In this document: piece after piece, positions 9,367 to 18,929 of the stretch | Position numbering within the stretch: the stretch's first letter is position 1 | Layout of the letters: each line of letters begins with the position of its first letter | Assembly: GCA_008632985.1 (NCBI GenBank) | Contig: QPGO01000002.1 | Coordinates: 1,043,048 to 1,063,047, forward strand | Length of the DNA: 20,000 nt | Reading direction: 5' to 3' | Origin: Psammoneis japonica | Taxonomy: Eukaryota | Position numbers and translations under genes: made by a program | The notes under the pieces: model-generated | Seen by the model: only the letters and a program-made list of their open reading frames with translations | What the model was told of the DNA's origin: nothing | Database searches by the model: none

Positions 9367-10833
9367 ATGAGTAAATTAGAGAGACTCCTCTTGATGAGCT
9401 TGCTGGGTTTTGCCTTGCTTCAGCTGCTTTCCTTTTACAACATTCACCATGCTACCAACGTGCGAGTTGGTGACGACATGCAAATAGAAACAAACAGAAA
9501 TTCATACAAAAACGACAACAATCGGTCTTTGATGGATTATTCTCCTTCAAGACAAGAATCAGCCTCGGCCTGTCTCTTGATCATGGATGACAATCACTAC
9601 TTGATTGAATGGATTGCCTATCATTATCACGTGTTGAATTTGCGCCACTTGATTGTCGCCACTGACCCCAAGAGTAAAACGTCCCCCAGTCGAATCTTGA
9701 ATCGCTGGAGAAACTACATTCAAATTGAAGAATGGACCGATGACGATTTTTGGCCAAGCAATACTACCAAGAAGTTAAGAAAATATGGCGGAGCGAGCGG
9801 TGAATTGAGAAAGCATCGTGCTCGACAAGGGCTCTTCACGTTGCAGTGCTTGCGGCATTTCAAGAGAAAGGACAAATCGTGGGTCCTACTCACGGATACT
9901 GACGAATATACAACCATTAACCCAAAATTTACACCAAGCGTCCTTCCGCAACAACAGCAACGACCAATAATCGAACAGCCCGGGTCGGTCTTGACCTTTC
10001 TTAATGAAATGTTGCTTCCCGACAAAAAGGTCAAGGAGATTGACTATCCATGTGTGTATATGTATCGACATCAATTCAGCAACAAGGAGAGTCCACGCGA
10101 CAAGGTCCAAGACGGGGTTCCTTCTTCACAACTGAATCCCTTTCATTTCCAAACACTCCGTTGGAGATATTGTGATTGGATTGATTTATGGCACAATGCG
10201 ACGATTGCCCATTGCAAGGTAACGAGGAAGTTGCCAGGAAAAACAATGATTGATCTAAAGAGATTGAGATTATTGGATTTGTATCATCCCGCCAATGCTG
10301 GCAATCCACACTTTCCCCTCGAGGGACTGTGCCAATCGACGTGGCCCAAGCTGGCAACCTCCCCACTGGCGGTTCATCACTACATTGGCACGTTGGAACA
10401 GTGGCTGTACCGAACCGGAGATACCCGTGGCAACGCGTATCGAATGGCCTTGTATGACCACACTAACGACTTTACAGGTAAGTCTGAAAATGATAATGTC
10501 CGATTGTGGCTCAAGGGTTTCGTGGACAATGTGGGTCAAGCGGAAGCGGTGCGATTGTTGCAAGGAGTTGGACAACTCGAACCACTGCCGCAACAACAAA
10601 AACTCGTGGAGATTTCAAATCAAACTTCTAGCAATACTACACAAGACGTTTACAAGGTGGGAGAAAGAGTTCAAGGAAACTACAAGGGAGACGGATACTG
10701 GTTTTGGGTTGACATTTTACGAGTGTATCCTGGAGGCTATTACAACATCTTGTACGATGATTGTTCCCAAGAATTGGGAGTGCCCGCATCCATGCTTCGA
10801 CGAACAGGCAAAGTGGATGAGCTAGAAAGGTAG
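9367..10833 (+). CDS. Type II membrane glycosyltransferase-like protein (GT92/DUF23 or Glyco_tranf_2_4-like) with C-terminal Tudor/Agenet-like domain, 488 aa
   Basis: ATG at 9367 followed by a signal-anchor LLLMSLLGFALLQLLSF. Family motifs SACLLIMDDNHYLIEWIAYHY, WVLLTDTDEY (DxD), PGKTMIDL and VHHYIGT. C-terminal YKVGERVQGNYKGDGYWFWVDILRVYPGGYYNILYDD. Confidence 0.85.
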   Translation: MSKLERLLLMSLLGFALLQLLSFYNIHHATNVRVGDDMQIETNRNSYKNDNNRSLMDYSPSRQESASACLLIMDDNHYLIEWIAYHYHVLNLRHLIVATDPKSKTSPSRILNRWRNYIQIEEWTDDDFWPSNTTKKLRKYGGASGELRKHRARQGLFTLQCLRHFKRKDKSWVLLTDTDEYTTINPKFTPSVLPQQQQRPIIEQPGSVLTFLNEMLLPDKKVKEIDYPCVYMYRHQFSNKESPRDKVQDGVPSSQLNPFHFQTLRWRYCDWIDLWHNATIAHCKVTRKLPGKTMIDLKRLRLLDLYHPANAGNPHFPLEGLCQSTWPKLATSPLAVHHYIGTLEQWLYRTGDTRGNAYRMALYDHTNDFTGKSENDNVRLWLKGFVDNVGQAEAVRLLQGVGQLEPLPQQQKLVEISNQTSSNTTQDVYKVGERVQGNYKGDGYWFWVDILRVYPGGYYNILYDDCSQELGVPASMLRRTGKVDELER

Positions 10834-11040
10834 ACATTGTCTTGAGAATAATGTAGCTGGCTTTCCAGAAAGATGCTTGCCATTGTCGAAATGCACAAAA
10901 AATCTGAATAAGTTGAGGCGCCACCTTTTGGCTTGTTCGGGTCGTCGGAAGCCCTCGAGATTTTCCTGTGCACAGAACTGTCATTTCGCGTGGTTATGGG
11001 CAAGAAGGGGCTGCGTGTGATTTAATTTTGAGGTGCTGGT

Positions 11041-12500
11041 NGGTTTACCTTCCATTCACACCTGCCAGTCCTGAACAACCCTTCTCTTGCTTGCCGACAT
11101 GTCAAGCTCATTGTCCGAGTGGCAAACTCTCTGCTTTCGTCCCAGTGTCCAAAAGTGTGAAATTGAGTCAGTCTTTGTTGAAGGCAAGCCTCTTCCTCCT
11201 TGGAAGCCATGTTTTTGCTCCAGACGTTGTGCTGTTCTTGAACCAATTTCTGAATGTGACTGTCCTTTGCTGTTGAAGTGTGGATGCTGTGTGTCCAGTG
11301 CCAAAGAAAGCAACAAACCCTTTCACATGTCTCATTTCATTTCAACCAGTTGTCTCCAGTGGGCATCACTGCAAGGTGGTGCAATGTCTGGCCAACTGCA
11401 CTTGCTTCTGCTGCATCCCCAAGTGTGTGGGCTGGCTGGCACCAGCATTGCCAGGCAAAGGTGGGCTAAAACAGCACTTTGCACCAGTTTTTTTTTTTTG
11501 TGTTGACAAGCCCTCCTCTGGAGTGAGAGAATCTGCTCCCGTTGATTGATGATTTTCAACCGACAAACACCAGCATTCTCTTGGCATCCCACTCTATGAT
11601 GCAGTGGCAATGGTTTGTTTCACACAATGGCTTTTTTAACCTCAATTTCTTTTGGCAGCTTGTGAAAGTTGTGATGTTTGCCCATCCCAGCTCCAGCTTG
11701 CACCGATGATCAAAAGGACAGGTGGGGGTGACGGCTTGCTCCATGCTCTCAACTCTTGACATCAAGCTCCAACAAGCCTTAACCCCTGCCAATGTTTCCA
11801 TGATGTCTGTCATCATGGCCATGTCTTTTGCCTTGGGAGCATCATGGTTTTGCTGCATCACAGCATTGCCAACAACAGATGACGACACAGCATGGTGTGT
11901 GGCTCATTGCGCTCAATTGCAAACAAAGCCTGGATCATGACAATCCCAAAGAGATCACTTTGGACATGACTGTGCAGCAGAAGTGGAGCAACATAGAGTC
12001 CAGCAGGAAACCATCATGATCAGACATTGGGAAACCTGTGAAAAATCTGCATGTTCTGATGTGCGCCCACAAAGAGATCCATCAACCCACTGAACAGCAC
12101 CGCACTTAGACAGGGAGAGAGAGATTCTGTGGTCTGCTTGCACTGGCTGTGGTTGAGTCATTTTAGCATTGTCATGATGCTCTTTCAAGGCCGAGACTTT
12201 GTGCTCTCCTCAGTTTAAAACAAAGAGAGAAGCTCCTTTTTTGGGACTTCAGATGCTGCAGTGACGTGTTGGGGCAAGCAGCTGCATTGTGCTTCCACTT
12301 CAGTGCAGAATGTGGCACAAGAGTTTGAGTTCCCAAACACAGCTTTTTTGTCACAAAAGACATTGTGATCCCAGTGGTGCTTGCCAACTGATTCTTTGTC
12401 CTTCTAGCGTGCAGCCAGCAAATCGCACAATTTCATCAACTGAGCAATGATTGATCAGCAACAGTGGCAGGGGAGTGGAAATCCATGGATCTGCCCCTGC
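11041..12500. other. CpG- and TpA-depleted hypermutated island 3 (origin unidentified)
   Basis: About ten TA in ~1.45 kb by eye, low CG, TG/CA-rich, with Tyr-poor Cys/His-rich ORFs in all frames. It begins at the single N at 11041 and lies between two convergent genes. Confidence 0.8.
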
Positions 12501-12704
12501 CCCGCACCACACTGTATGTCCTCTGAAGTTACACACAAATTTTGGGTTGTAGGTTATGACAGACATTTCCTCCATTCCTTGTGCGAACATGACAGCCTAC
12601 ACTCTACAGGAAATATTCCAAACAAGGCGAGAACAAAACAATTGTGTTTCTCTCGTGTAGCTAAATTAAAAGCAATGTCAAGAAACGGTAATACCTGCTT
12701 CCAA

Positions 12705-13585
12705 TTAAACATCCAGAAAATCCCCTTGTGTTGTTCTGCTGTCATAAGCAGGGGGTTGCATTCTTCCCTGATTCCCACTGGCGTGTCCAGCCGAAAAATT
12801 ACGCATTTCATTCTCCACTTCACGAATAAAGGCCAAACTGCCCCCAGCCGGAGAAAAAACCACTGTAAGTCGTGGACATCGAATCATATCAAAACAGCAC
12901 GATCGATCTGGTTTTCCCGCAGACCGTGGCCACATAAAAAATGGCGTGGAGGGAGCTGTGGTGACAATCGCAACGCCATCCATGGGCGTTGTCAGCATGC
13001 CTCGGTAGGGCCATACGCGCATAAGGGAACAGTTTCCACCACCCACTCTTTGTAGAGACACAATCTTATCAAAGGGAACGTCGACTTCAATGTTTCCAAT
13101 CCAGAACCGCAAGCCACCGTCCGTCGTAATGTCAACACATCGGACCATATTGTACCAGAACCACGCCACAGCCCACAAATTGCCAATCGAAACAGAAACA
13201 ACCGTACCATGTGCACCAATCGGGACAGCAGCGACTAGCAGTAATACAAAGATGGTTTCCATCAAAATAAAGCGCAGTTTAAAAGCTAAAATCAACAGAC
13301 GAAAAAATAAATCAGTGAGTTGCGCGTTTTCAAATCCCCCACGTACAAACATACCAGGATTCACGTAGAATCCAATGCGCTCGCGTACTTACACCACGAA
13401 AAGGGAGCGTTTGCAAAGCTCAAAATAACACTCCCATCGTCCGTCACATACGTCAGTGTTTGTGCAATTAACAATGGATCTTCATCGACAATCAATTCAT
13501 GTTGTTGTTGTTGTTGCTGCTGTGGTTGTCCTCGTTGCATGGCACCGTTCATATCGTCGTCGTCGTTTGCGGTTGACGATGCCAT
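12705..13585 (-). CDS. Two-exon membrane protein (2 TM followed by a PH-like beta-rich segment), ~257 aa, function unknown
   Basis: Exon 1 is 13585-13393 (MASSTANDDDD...polyQ...APFSW). The intron is 13392-13286 (GTAAGT...TTTTAG, 107 nt, phase 1) and exon 2 is 13285-12705, joining in frame. Two hydrophobic helices are followed by VRCVDITTDGGLRFWIGNIEVDVPFDKIVSLQRV, which resembles bacterial-type PH domains. Confidence 0.8.
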
Positions 13586-13926
13586 TGCTTTGCGGTATTT
13601 TTTGACGGAGTTATTTCTGCGGACTGATGTTATTTTTATATTCGTGTATGTACACTTCACTGCGGATTCCGGCTCGCCAAGCCAGCGTCTGCACATCAAC
13701 CTTTTTAAGGAATTCGGAATCCACGTAATGTCTCATTCAAAAAGATTTTGCGTTCGCGTGCGGATCTTTGTCCGCATCCAAATTCAACTCGTACGCAATC
13801 CTATTGGTTACACGTAGAATCCTACGCACGCGTCAGTGTTCCTCAAAACTGACGGTTGGTGCACGTTCCCAACGACGTGAACACGGTGTTGAATCTTGAC
13901 CAACGGCAAAACTAATTGGTGTGACC

Positions 13927-14625
13927 ATGAAGCTCAACCTTGTGCTCCCGCTCTTTTTGGTCGCTTCGGCGTCGGCCTTTGCGCCATCCTCACAAGCATT
14001 TGTCCGGCAATCTGCTCTGCGCATGTCAGATGAACCTCCGACGGAGGCTCCTCCGGCTCCTGCACCAGCAGCACCACCCAAGTCGGAGACAGCCATTGTC
14101 CCCGTCAAGGAAGAGACTGTCGAGTTTACCGCTGGGATTTTGGGTGGTGTTGCCGGCTTTGCTCTTGGTGGACCCGTCTTGGGTGCAATTGGAGCTGCCG
14201 CTGCTAACTACGTCTCCAAGAATGAGGGCGAAGTCTCCGAAGTCGTCTCTACCGTCTCCAAGACCTCGATCGAGCTTTACAATTACCTTGCCAAACTCGA
14301 TAACAAGTACGAGCTACTCACCAAGGCAAAAGGTTCGCTTGAAGATGCTATTGATAAGCTCAAGTCGAAAGGAAATGTTGATCCCGAATCTATTGAAAAG
14401 GTAGAGAAAGCTCTGGCTACTACCAAATCCAAGATTACAGAAATCAATGACGAGTATGATTTGGTTGGTGCCGGTGTTACCGCCCTGGGGGTCGTTGGTG
14501 ACCTTGTCGAGAAGGCCGTTGTGAAGGCTGGTGAACTCAACGAAGAATACAAGCTCACCGATAAGGCAAAGGATGCCTTGAAGACTGCTGTTGAGAAAGC
14601 AAAGGATGCCAAGGCGAGCATGTAA
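13927..14625 (+). CDS. Plastid-targeted protein of unknown function with a glycine-zipper segment and helical repeats, 232 aa
   Basis: Signal peptide MKLNLVLPLFLVASASA followed by FAP (canonical diatom ASAFAP motif) and a Ser/Arg transit peptide. Glycine zipper AGILGGVAGFALGGPVLGAIG. Codon usage looks biased, as in highly expressed genes. Confidence 0.92.
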   Translation: MKLNLVLPLFLVASASAFAPSSQAFVRQSALRMSDEPPTEAPPAPAPAAPPKSETAIVPVKEETVEFTAGILGGVAGFALGGPVLGAIGAAAANYVSKNEGEVSEVVSTVSKTSIELYNYLAKLDNKYELLTKAKGSLEDAIDKLKSKGNVDPESIEKVEKALATTKSKITEINDEYDLVGAGVTALGVVGDLVEKAVVKAGELNEEYKLTDKAKDALKTAVEKAKDAKASM

Positions 14626-15203
14626 GCTAACAATAACTTGAAGCGCCTCACAACTCTCTAGAGAATTTTAACATACTAATAAATACGGCAGGGTTTTGAA
14701 TTAACGATGCATTTCTAATTGCTGATGAATGGGTCACCGTAGAAGTTTTGTCCGTGATACCTTCGTCTACACGGTACGGTCTACGGTCTAAGTGACCATG
14801 AAATGATATAGCTCTAGTTGAATGTTTCATTGCCACCACCTAGTGAATCTGTTTGCCAAATGCATAACAACCTCGAGTCAATCCCAACCTTGTGATCCCA
14901 GAAACCAGGACAAATAATACCGGTAATAGTGACCACTGGATGGAACGATGCCTGCCTGATGCGTGAGCAATGGCGCAATGCAACATTGGCGCGAGGGGCG
15001 CAAAAAGATCGGATATCTTTTCACAATCAACTTTTCGTCACGTGAAGTGCGCATCTGCTTTCTATATTCTTTGTAGAATTGTACTAGATTTTTGCGAGCT
15101 ACGTAAATCACTAACAATCCAATGTTCTTGCATGTTCCGACCCACAAAGATGCTCTCACATCACAATTCTCATTCACTACTCTAGTTCATTCGAAGGGTG
15201 TTT

Positions 15204-16451
15204 ATGCGTTGCATTCTTTCAACCTCTCGCCGAAGAGTACACTTACAGGCTTATATAGTTGCTCTTGTTAGTTTCAGAAGTGCTACTGGTCTCGCAGCAA
15301 CTGGCTTTGAACCCAACAACATCAACAACAACATCATGCCGGAAGAAACCGCTCCCACAACCATGATTGCTGCTCAGGGCAAAGACTATGGCGATATTGA
15401 TGAAATGATTTCCGTCAACAGCGGGGTTCGCATTCCCTCTCTCCAAGACTTGCCGGAGAAAAAGCGCAAAGACTGGTTGCTAATCAAGACACTGGCAGTA
15501 GCCTTGGCCCCCGGTGACTGCCGCGTCTTGTCTGGAAAGACAAGTCCAATCCAAGGTCCACCGTCCTTTCCCTATGTTCCGGGTGGCGATTGTTGTGGTA
15601 TTGTACAACAAGTCCCAGAGGGTCATGAATACTTCAAAGTTGGTGACCGAGTTGCTGCACGATTTAATATTGAAGGACCGAGAGGTGCCCTCGGTCAGTA
15701 TGCACTAGTTCATCAAGGCGTTTGTGACAAGGTGCCAGAGGCGATTTCTAATGACGAAGCGGCAGCACTTGTTGGAGCCTCTCCAGCCATGCTCCTGGCA
15801 AATCGAATCAAGGAGGGAGAACGAGTTCTAGTGTTGGGTGCTGGAGGAGGTGTAGGTAGCCATGTGTGTCAACTTATGCGTACCACACAGAATGCATCCC
15901 ACATTGTCGGTGTTTCCAAAGACCCAGAGCGCCTTCTACGTGACCCAATCAAGTGTGACAAGGCGATTGACTACACTCAAGAGGATCCATGGAACATGAA
16001 GGAATACAAGGACAAGCCTTTTGATGTAGTGATTGACTTGGTGGGTGGTTCCTGGCTCCGAATCATTAAAGAGTCCAAAGAAAAGGGACCCATGATTGTC
16101 AAGACTGCATCACAAGGAGGTCGGTTTCTTACCTTGGCACCAGATAATCCTCTTTTTGAGTGCCATTCCATGTGGCAAGCAGCAAAGATATTCATGTTTA
16201 CGTCACTATGGAGAGCCATCAAGTCGAGGACGTTCTGGAGAAGAAGCCTACCCAAGTACACTTTTGCAATGAGCCTGGATGATGGAAGGGACGTTGCAAC
16301 GAAGACCTTGAAGCTTGCAGCGGATGGAAAGCTAAAGGCCTGCATCGATAAAGTGTTTGCCTTGACTACGGAAGGTGTTCGTGCAGCATTTCGCAAACAA
16401 GAGTCTCGTCATACCCGTGGCAAAGTTGTGGTACACATTGCAGATGAGTAG
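15204..16451 (+). CDS. Medium-chain dehydrogenase/reductase, zinc-independent quinone-oxidoreductase / RTN4IP1-like, 415 aa
   Basis: PYVPGGDCCGIV, FKVGDRV, GALGQYA, EAAAL, Rossmann GERVLVLGAGGGVGSH, FDVVIDLVG and C-terminal RGKVVV. The N-terminal extension may be a targeting peptide. Confidence 0.9.
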   Translation: MRCILSTSRRRVHLQAYIVALVSFRSATGLAATGFEPNNINNNIMPEETAPTTMIAAQGKDYGDIDEMISVNSGVRIPSLQDLPEKKRKDWLLIKTLAVALAPGDCRVLSGKTSPIQGPPSFPYVPGGDCCGIVQQVPEGHEYFKVGDRVAARFNIEGPRGALGQYALVHQGVCDKVPEAISNDEAAALVGASPAMLLANRIKEGERVLVLGAGGGVGSHVCQLMRTTQNASHIVGVSKDPERLLRDPIKCDKAIDYTQEDPWNMKEYKDKPFDVVIDLVGGSWLRIIKESKEKGPMIVKTASQGGRFLTLAPDNPLFECHSMWQAAKIFMFTSLWRAIKSRTFWRRSLPKYTFAMSLDDGRDVATKTLKLAADGKLKACIDKVFALTTEGVRAAFRKQESRHTRGKVVVHIADE

Positions 16452-16512
16452 AGTTATTGCGCGTTCGGGCCAGCCACACAGTCGTTTAATGAAACATAAT
16501 TTACATAGCGAT

Positions 16513-18445
16513 TCATTGAAATGAATCGACAATCTCTTCGTCGACTACGCTTTCTTCCGTCTCGGTCTTGAAAGCGACCGGGACTTCTTCTGTTACCTTG
16601 GATGCTTTGATCATTTCCCAGGCTTCATTTTTCGCCGCCACGTCGCCAACATTCGCCGTGTACTCTTCGTACTCGTACCCAAACGGTTCTCCCAGGAGAG
16701 GAGTGACGGACTGCGGTAGCGTTCCTTTGCCAGTGACACTGTAGCTTACAATATTCAAAAACATATCAAACGCCACTGGAAACGGAATTCTCACAATGAA
16801 ATTGAGTCCAAACCACATTCGCGCATACCACGTTTCGTGTTTGTCATTGTTGGAAGACCGGGCCATCCCGCCAAGAATCCACCCCACAATTCCAATGGCA
16901 GTCGAAAGAATCCATCAAAGAATCCACGCAGTCCCTCGACATTTTGTTTCATGAGAAATTCTCCTCCAAACACGGCAAAGTTACGCTGACGGATATTGTC
17001 GGGAGACCAAATGGCGTGGTATGCGTTTGCTGCCGCGCGGTCCAAGTTGGGTTCCGACTTTTGCAATTCGGATTGAATGGCCTTGGCCATGTCGGTGGCA
17101 CCCATCATGACGCGACACAAGTGATAACCCGTGCTGGGATGAACCATGGCGGCGGCTCCACCCAAACCCACGACACGCTGGTTCTTGAGTGGGAGTGGAC
17201 CGCCCATGGGAATGTAACAAAATCTAGAACAAGAGAGACACGAGTGAGAATACGAAACGGCATTGAAACATCACATCGATGCAAAGAAAGGAACCAAGCA
17301 AAAACTCACTCTTCCTCTTCAATATCTGTAACTTTAATACCCAAATGTTCCAAACGACGAAAGCATCGGTCCTTGCATTCTTGAAAACTAATCGCTGGAC
17401 GCGCCACGAGGGAGGTTTCTTCGAAAAAAATCGTATTGTCCTTGAGTGGCATGGCATACATAAAGGTGGGAGCCGCCGTAGCTTTTTGCAACCACGTTTC
17501 GTCGGAATCAAAATGATCCGTTCGATAGTCAAACAATGTCATGGCTTCCTTGTCGTAGGGACCAATGCGATCCGCCGACAAGGACGATGATTCATCGACA
17601 TTGACCAAGGCACCGTAGGCAATCTGAAAACCAGGAGGATCATTGGGATAGGATTTGGTGTCCTTGAGGACAAGACCCGTTTCGTGGCCGGTGCAGTCCA
17701 CCACGAGCTTGGCACGAACCATCGTGGGTGTTCCATCCTTGGCCTCGAGTCGAATGGTGGTTCCCTCTTCGTCGTGTACCAGCGACCCGGCGGGAGAATA
17801 CACGTTTGTGCTTGTGGCGGTGGAAATGTGATTGGATTCCAATACACGGTACGAGGTCGAGAGCGATTCTCTCAATGCATACTTGTCGACACGACAATAG
17901 GGACGATCGAGACGTTTTCGTTCTTGTACTGGAATATCAAAAGATCCACCAAAGAAACAATCTGTAACTTGCCATTCTCGATCAATGCATTGTCCGTTCT
18001 TGCCATTCTCCAACTCGACTCCCTGTTGCTTGTAGGCTTGTACAATGGCATCCCATTCATCTCTCCAAACACCATAATTGGGAGCCCATTCCCGATCATA
18101 ATTGGCATCCGCCAATAAAACATTGAGTTGTTTATTGGAATCCAACAAGGATGCAATCGCTCGTGCTGCAGGACCACTCCCGAGAACGAGTACATCACAA
18201 ACCTCATCATAATTTGCATTGAATGATGAAGCAAACAATCTTGTGGTGGAGGCATGACGTTTTTGCTGTAAATTAGTCAAACCAAAACCATTCGTCTGTG
18301 ACAAAGAATCTCCTGACTTGGAATGATAATGTGTCACTCGACTGGATGAGCTTGTAATCCTACTGGAAGAACGATGCAAACCAGGTGAGACCAGAGCCGA
18401 AACCGATCCTGCCGACAACAGCAAGAACGTCCAAGACGTCTTCAT
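16513..18445 (-). CDS. LCYB: Lycopene beta-cyclase, plastid-targeted; 2 exons; apparent 1-nt deletion at ~16851
   Basis: Exon 1 is 18445-17310 and the intron is 17309-17224 (GTGAGT...TTCTAG, 86 nt), joining EEEE-FCYIPMGGPLP. Motifs: DVLVLGSGPA, PNYGVW.DE, FQIAYG, PTFMYAMP, FFEETSLVARP, GGAAAMVHPSTGY, FFDGFFRLP. The frame switches at GWPGLP|NNDKHETW and continues to the stop at 16513. Confidence 0.93.
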
Positions 18446-18537
18446 TTTTTCTCAAGTCAAATGTATTCTCGAAAATATACCAATGGAAGCGATGAGACTC
18501 GCTCTTTAAGTGTCAAGGAACATTCAGGAACGCCGTT

Positions 18538-18771
18538 TGACGTGTGTAACTTGACAATCAAAAGGAGACAGGAGACAGGAGCAAAAAGCAGTCGATGTTT
18601 TCGATTGCGATTTGTCTTCAACCCCCAAAAAAAAAAAATGAGGGCGAGAAGCACCAACGTCATAGAATCGGTAATGAGCCATGTTTCAAAGCGTCATGAT
18701 GAGAAAGTCATGACGCAAACATTGGACACGTAAGTGGGACAAGATGACGTCATAAACGTTATTTATATAAG
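18538..18771. promoter_or_regulatory. Cluster of TGACGT (bZIP/aureochrome-type) motifs and a TATA-like element in the divergent promoter
   Basis: TGACGT at 18538-18543, ACGTCA at 18657-18662, palindrome ATGACGTCAT at 18744-18753, near-matches GCGTCA (~18691) and TGACGC (~18711), and TTTATATAAG at ~18762-18771. Confidence 0.5.
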
Positions 18772-18929
18772 GCAATGCGAAGCCAACGCACGTCGTTGAT
18801 TTGATCGTTTGTTCGTTGCCTTTTTGTTTTCCGCCCAACAAACCTGCCGCAACGTTCCCCGCTTGACAGCAGCGAAAGCAAAAAGATCAAGGTGGTGTCA
18901 ACCATCATCAATGAATAAATAGCAACACC

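Noticed and set aside
2990..12600. Dozens of overlapping 60-190 aa Cys/His/Gln/Trp-rich ORFs within the islands that look like small metal-binding proteins
   Set aside because: They are a by-product of TpA loss (few TAA/TAG stops or Tyr codons) and TG/CA gain. They occur in all six frames with no coherent motifs.
5082..16396. Antisense and alternate-frame ORFs over real genes (e.g. 5082-5555, 10295-10825, 13320-13817, 14283-14651, 15977-16396)
   Set aside because: They are shadow ORFs of well-supported CDSs with no independent motifs. The poly-Cys in 13320-13817 is the reverse strand of a poly-Gln tract.
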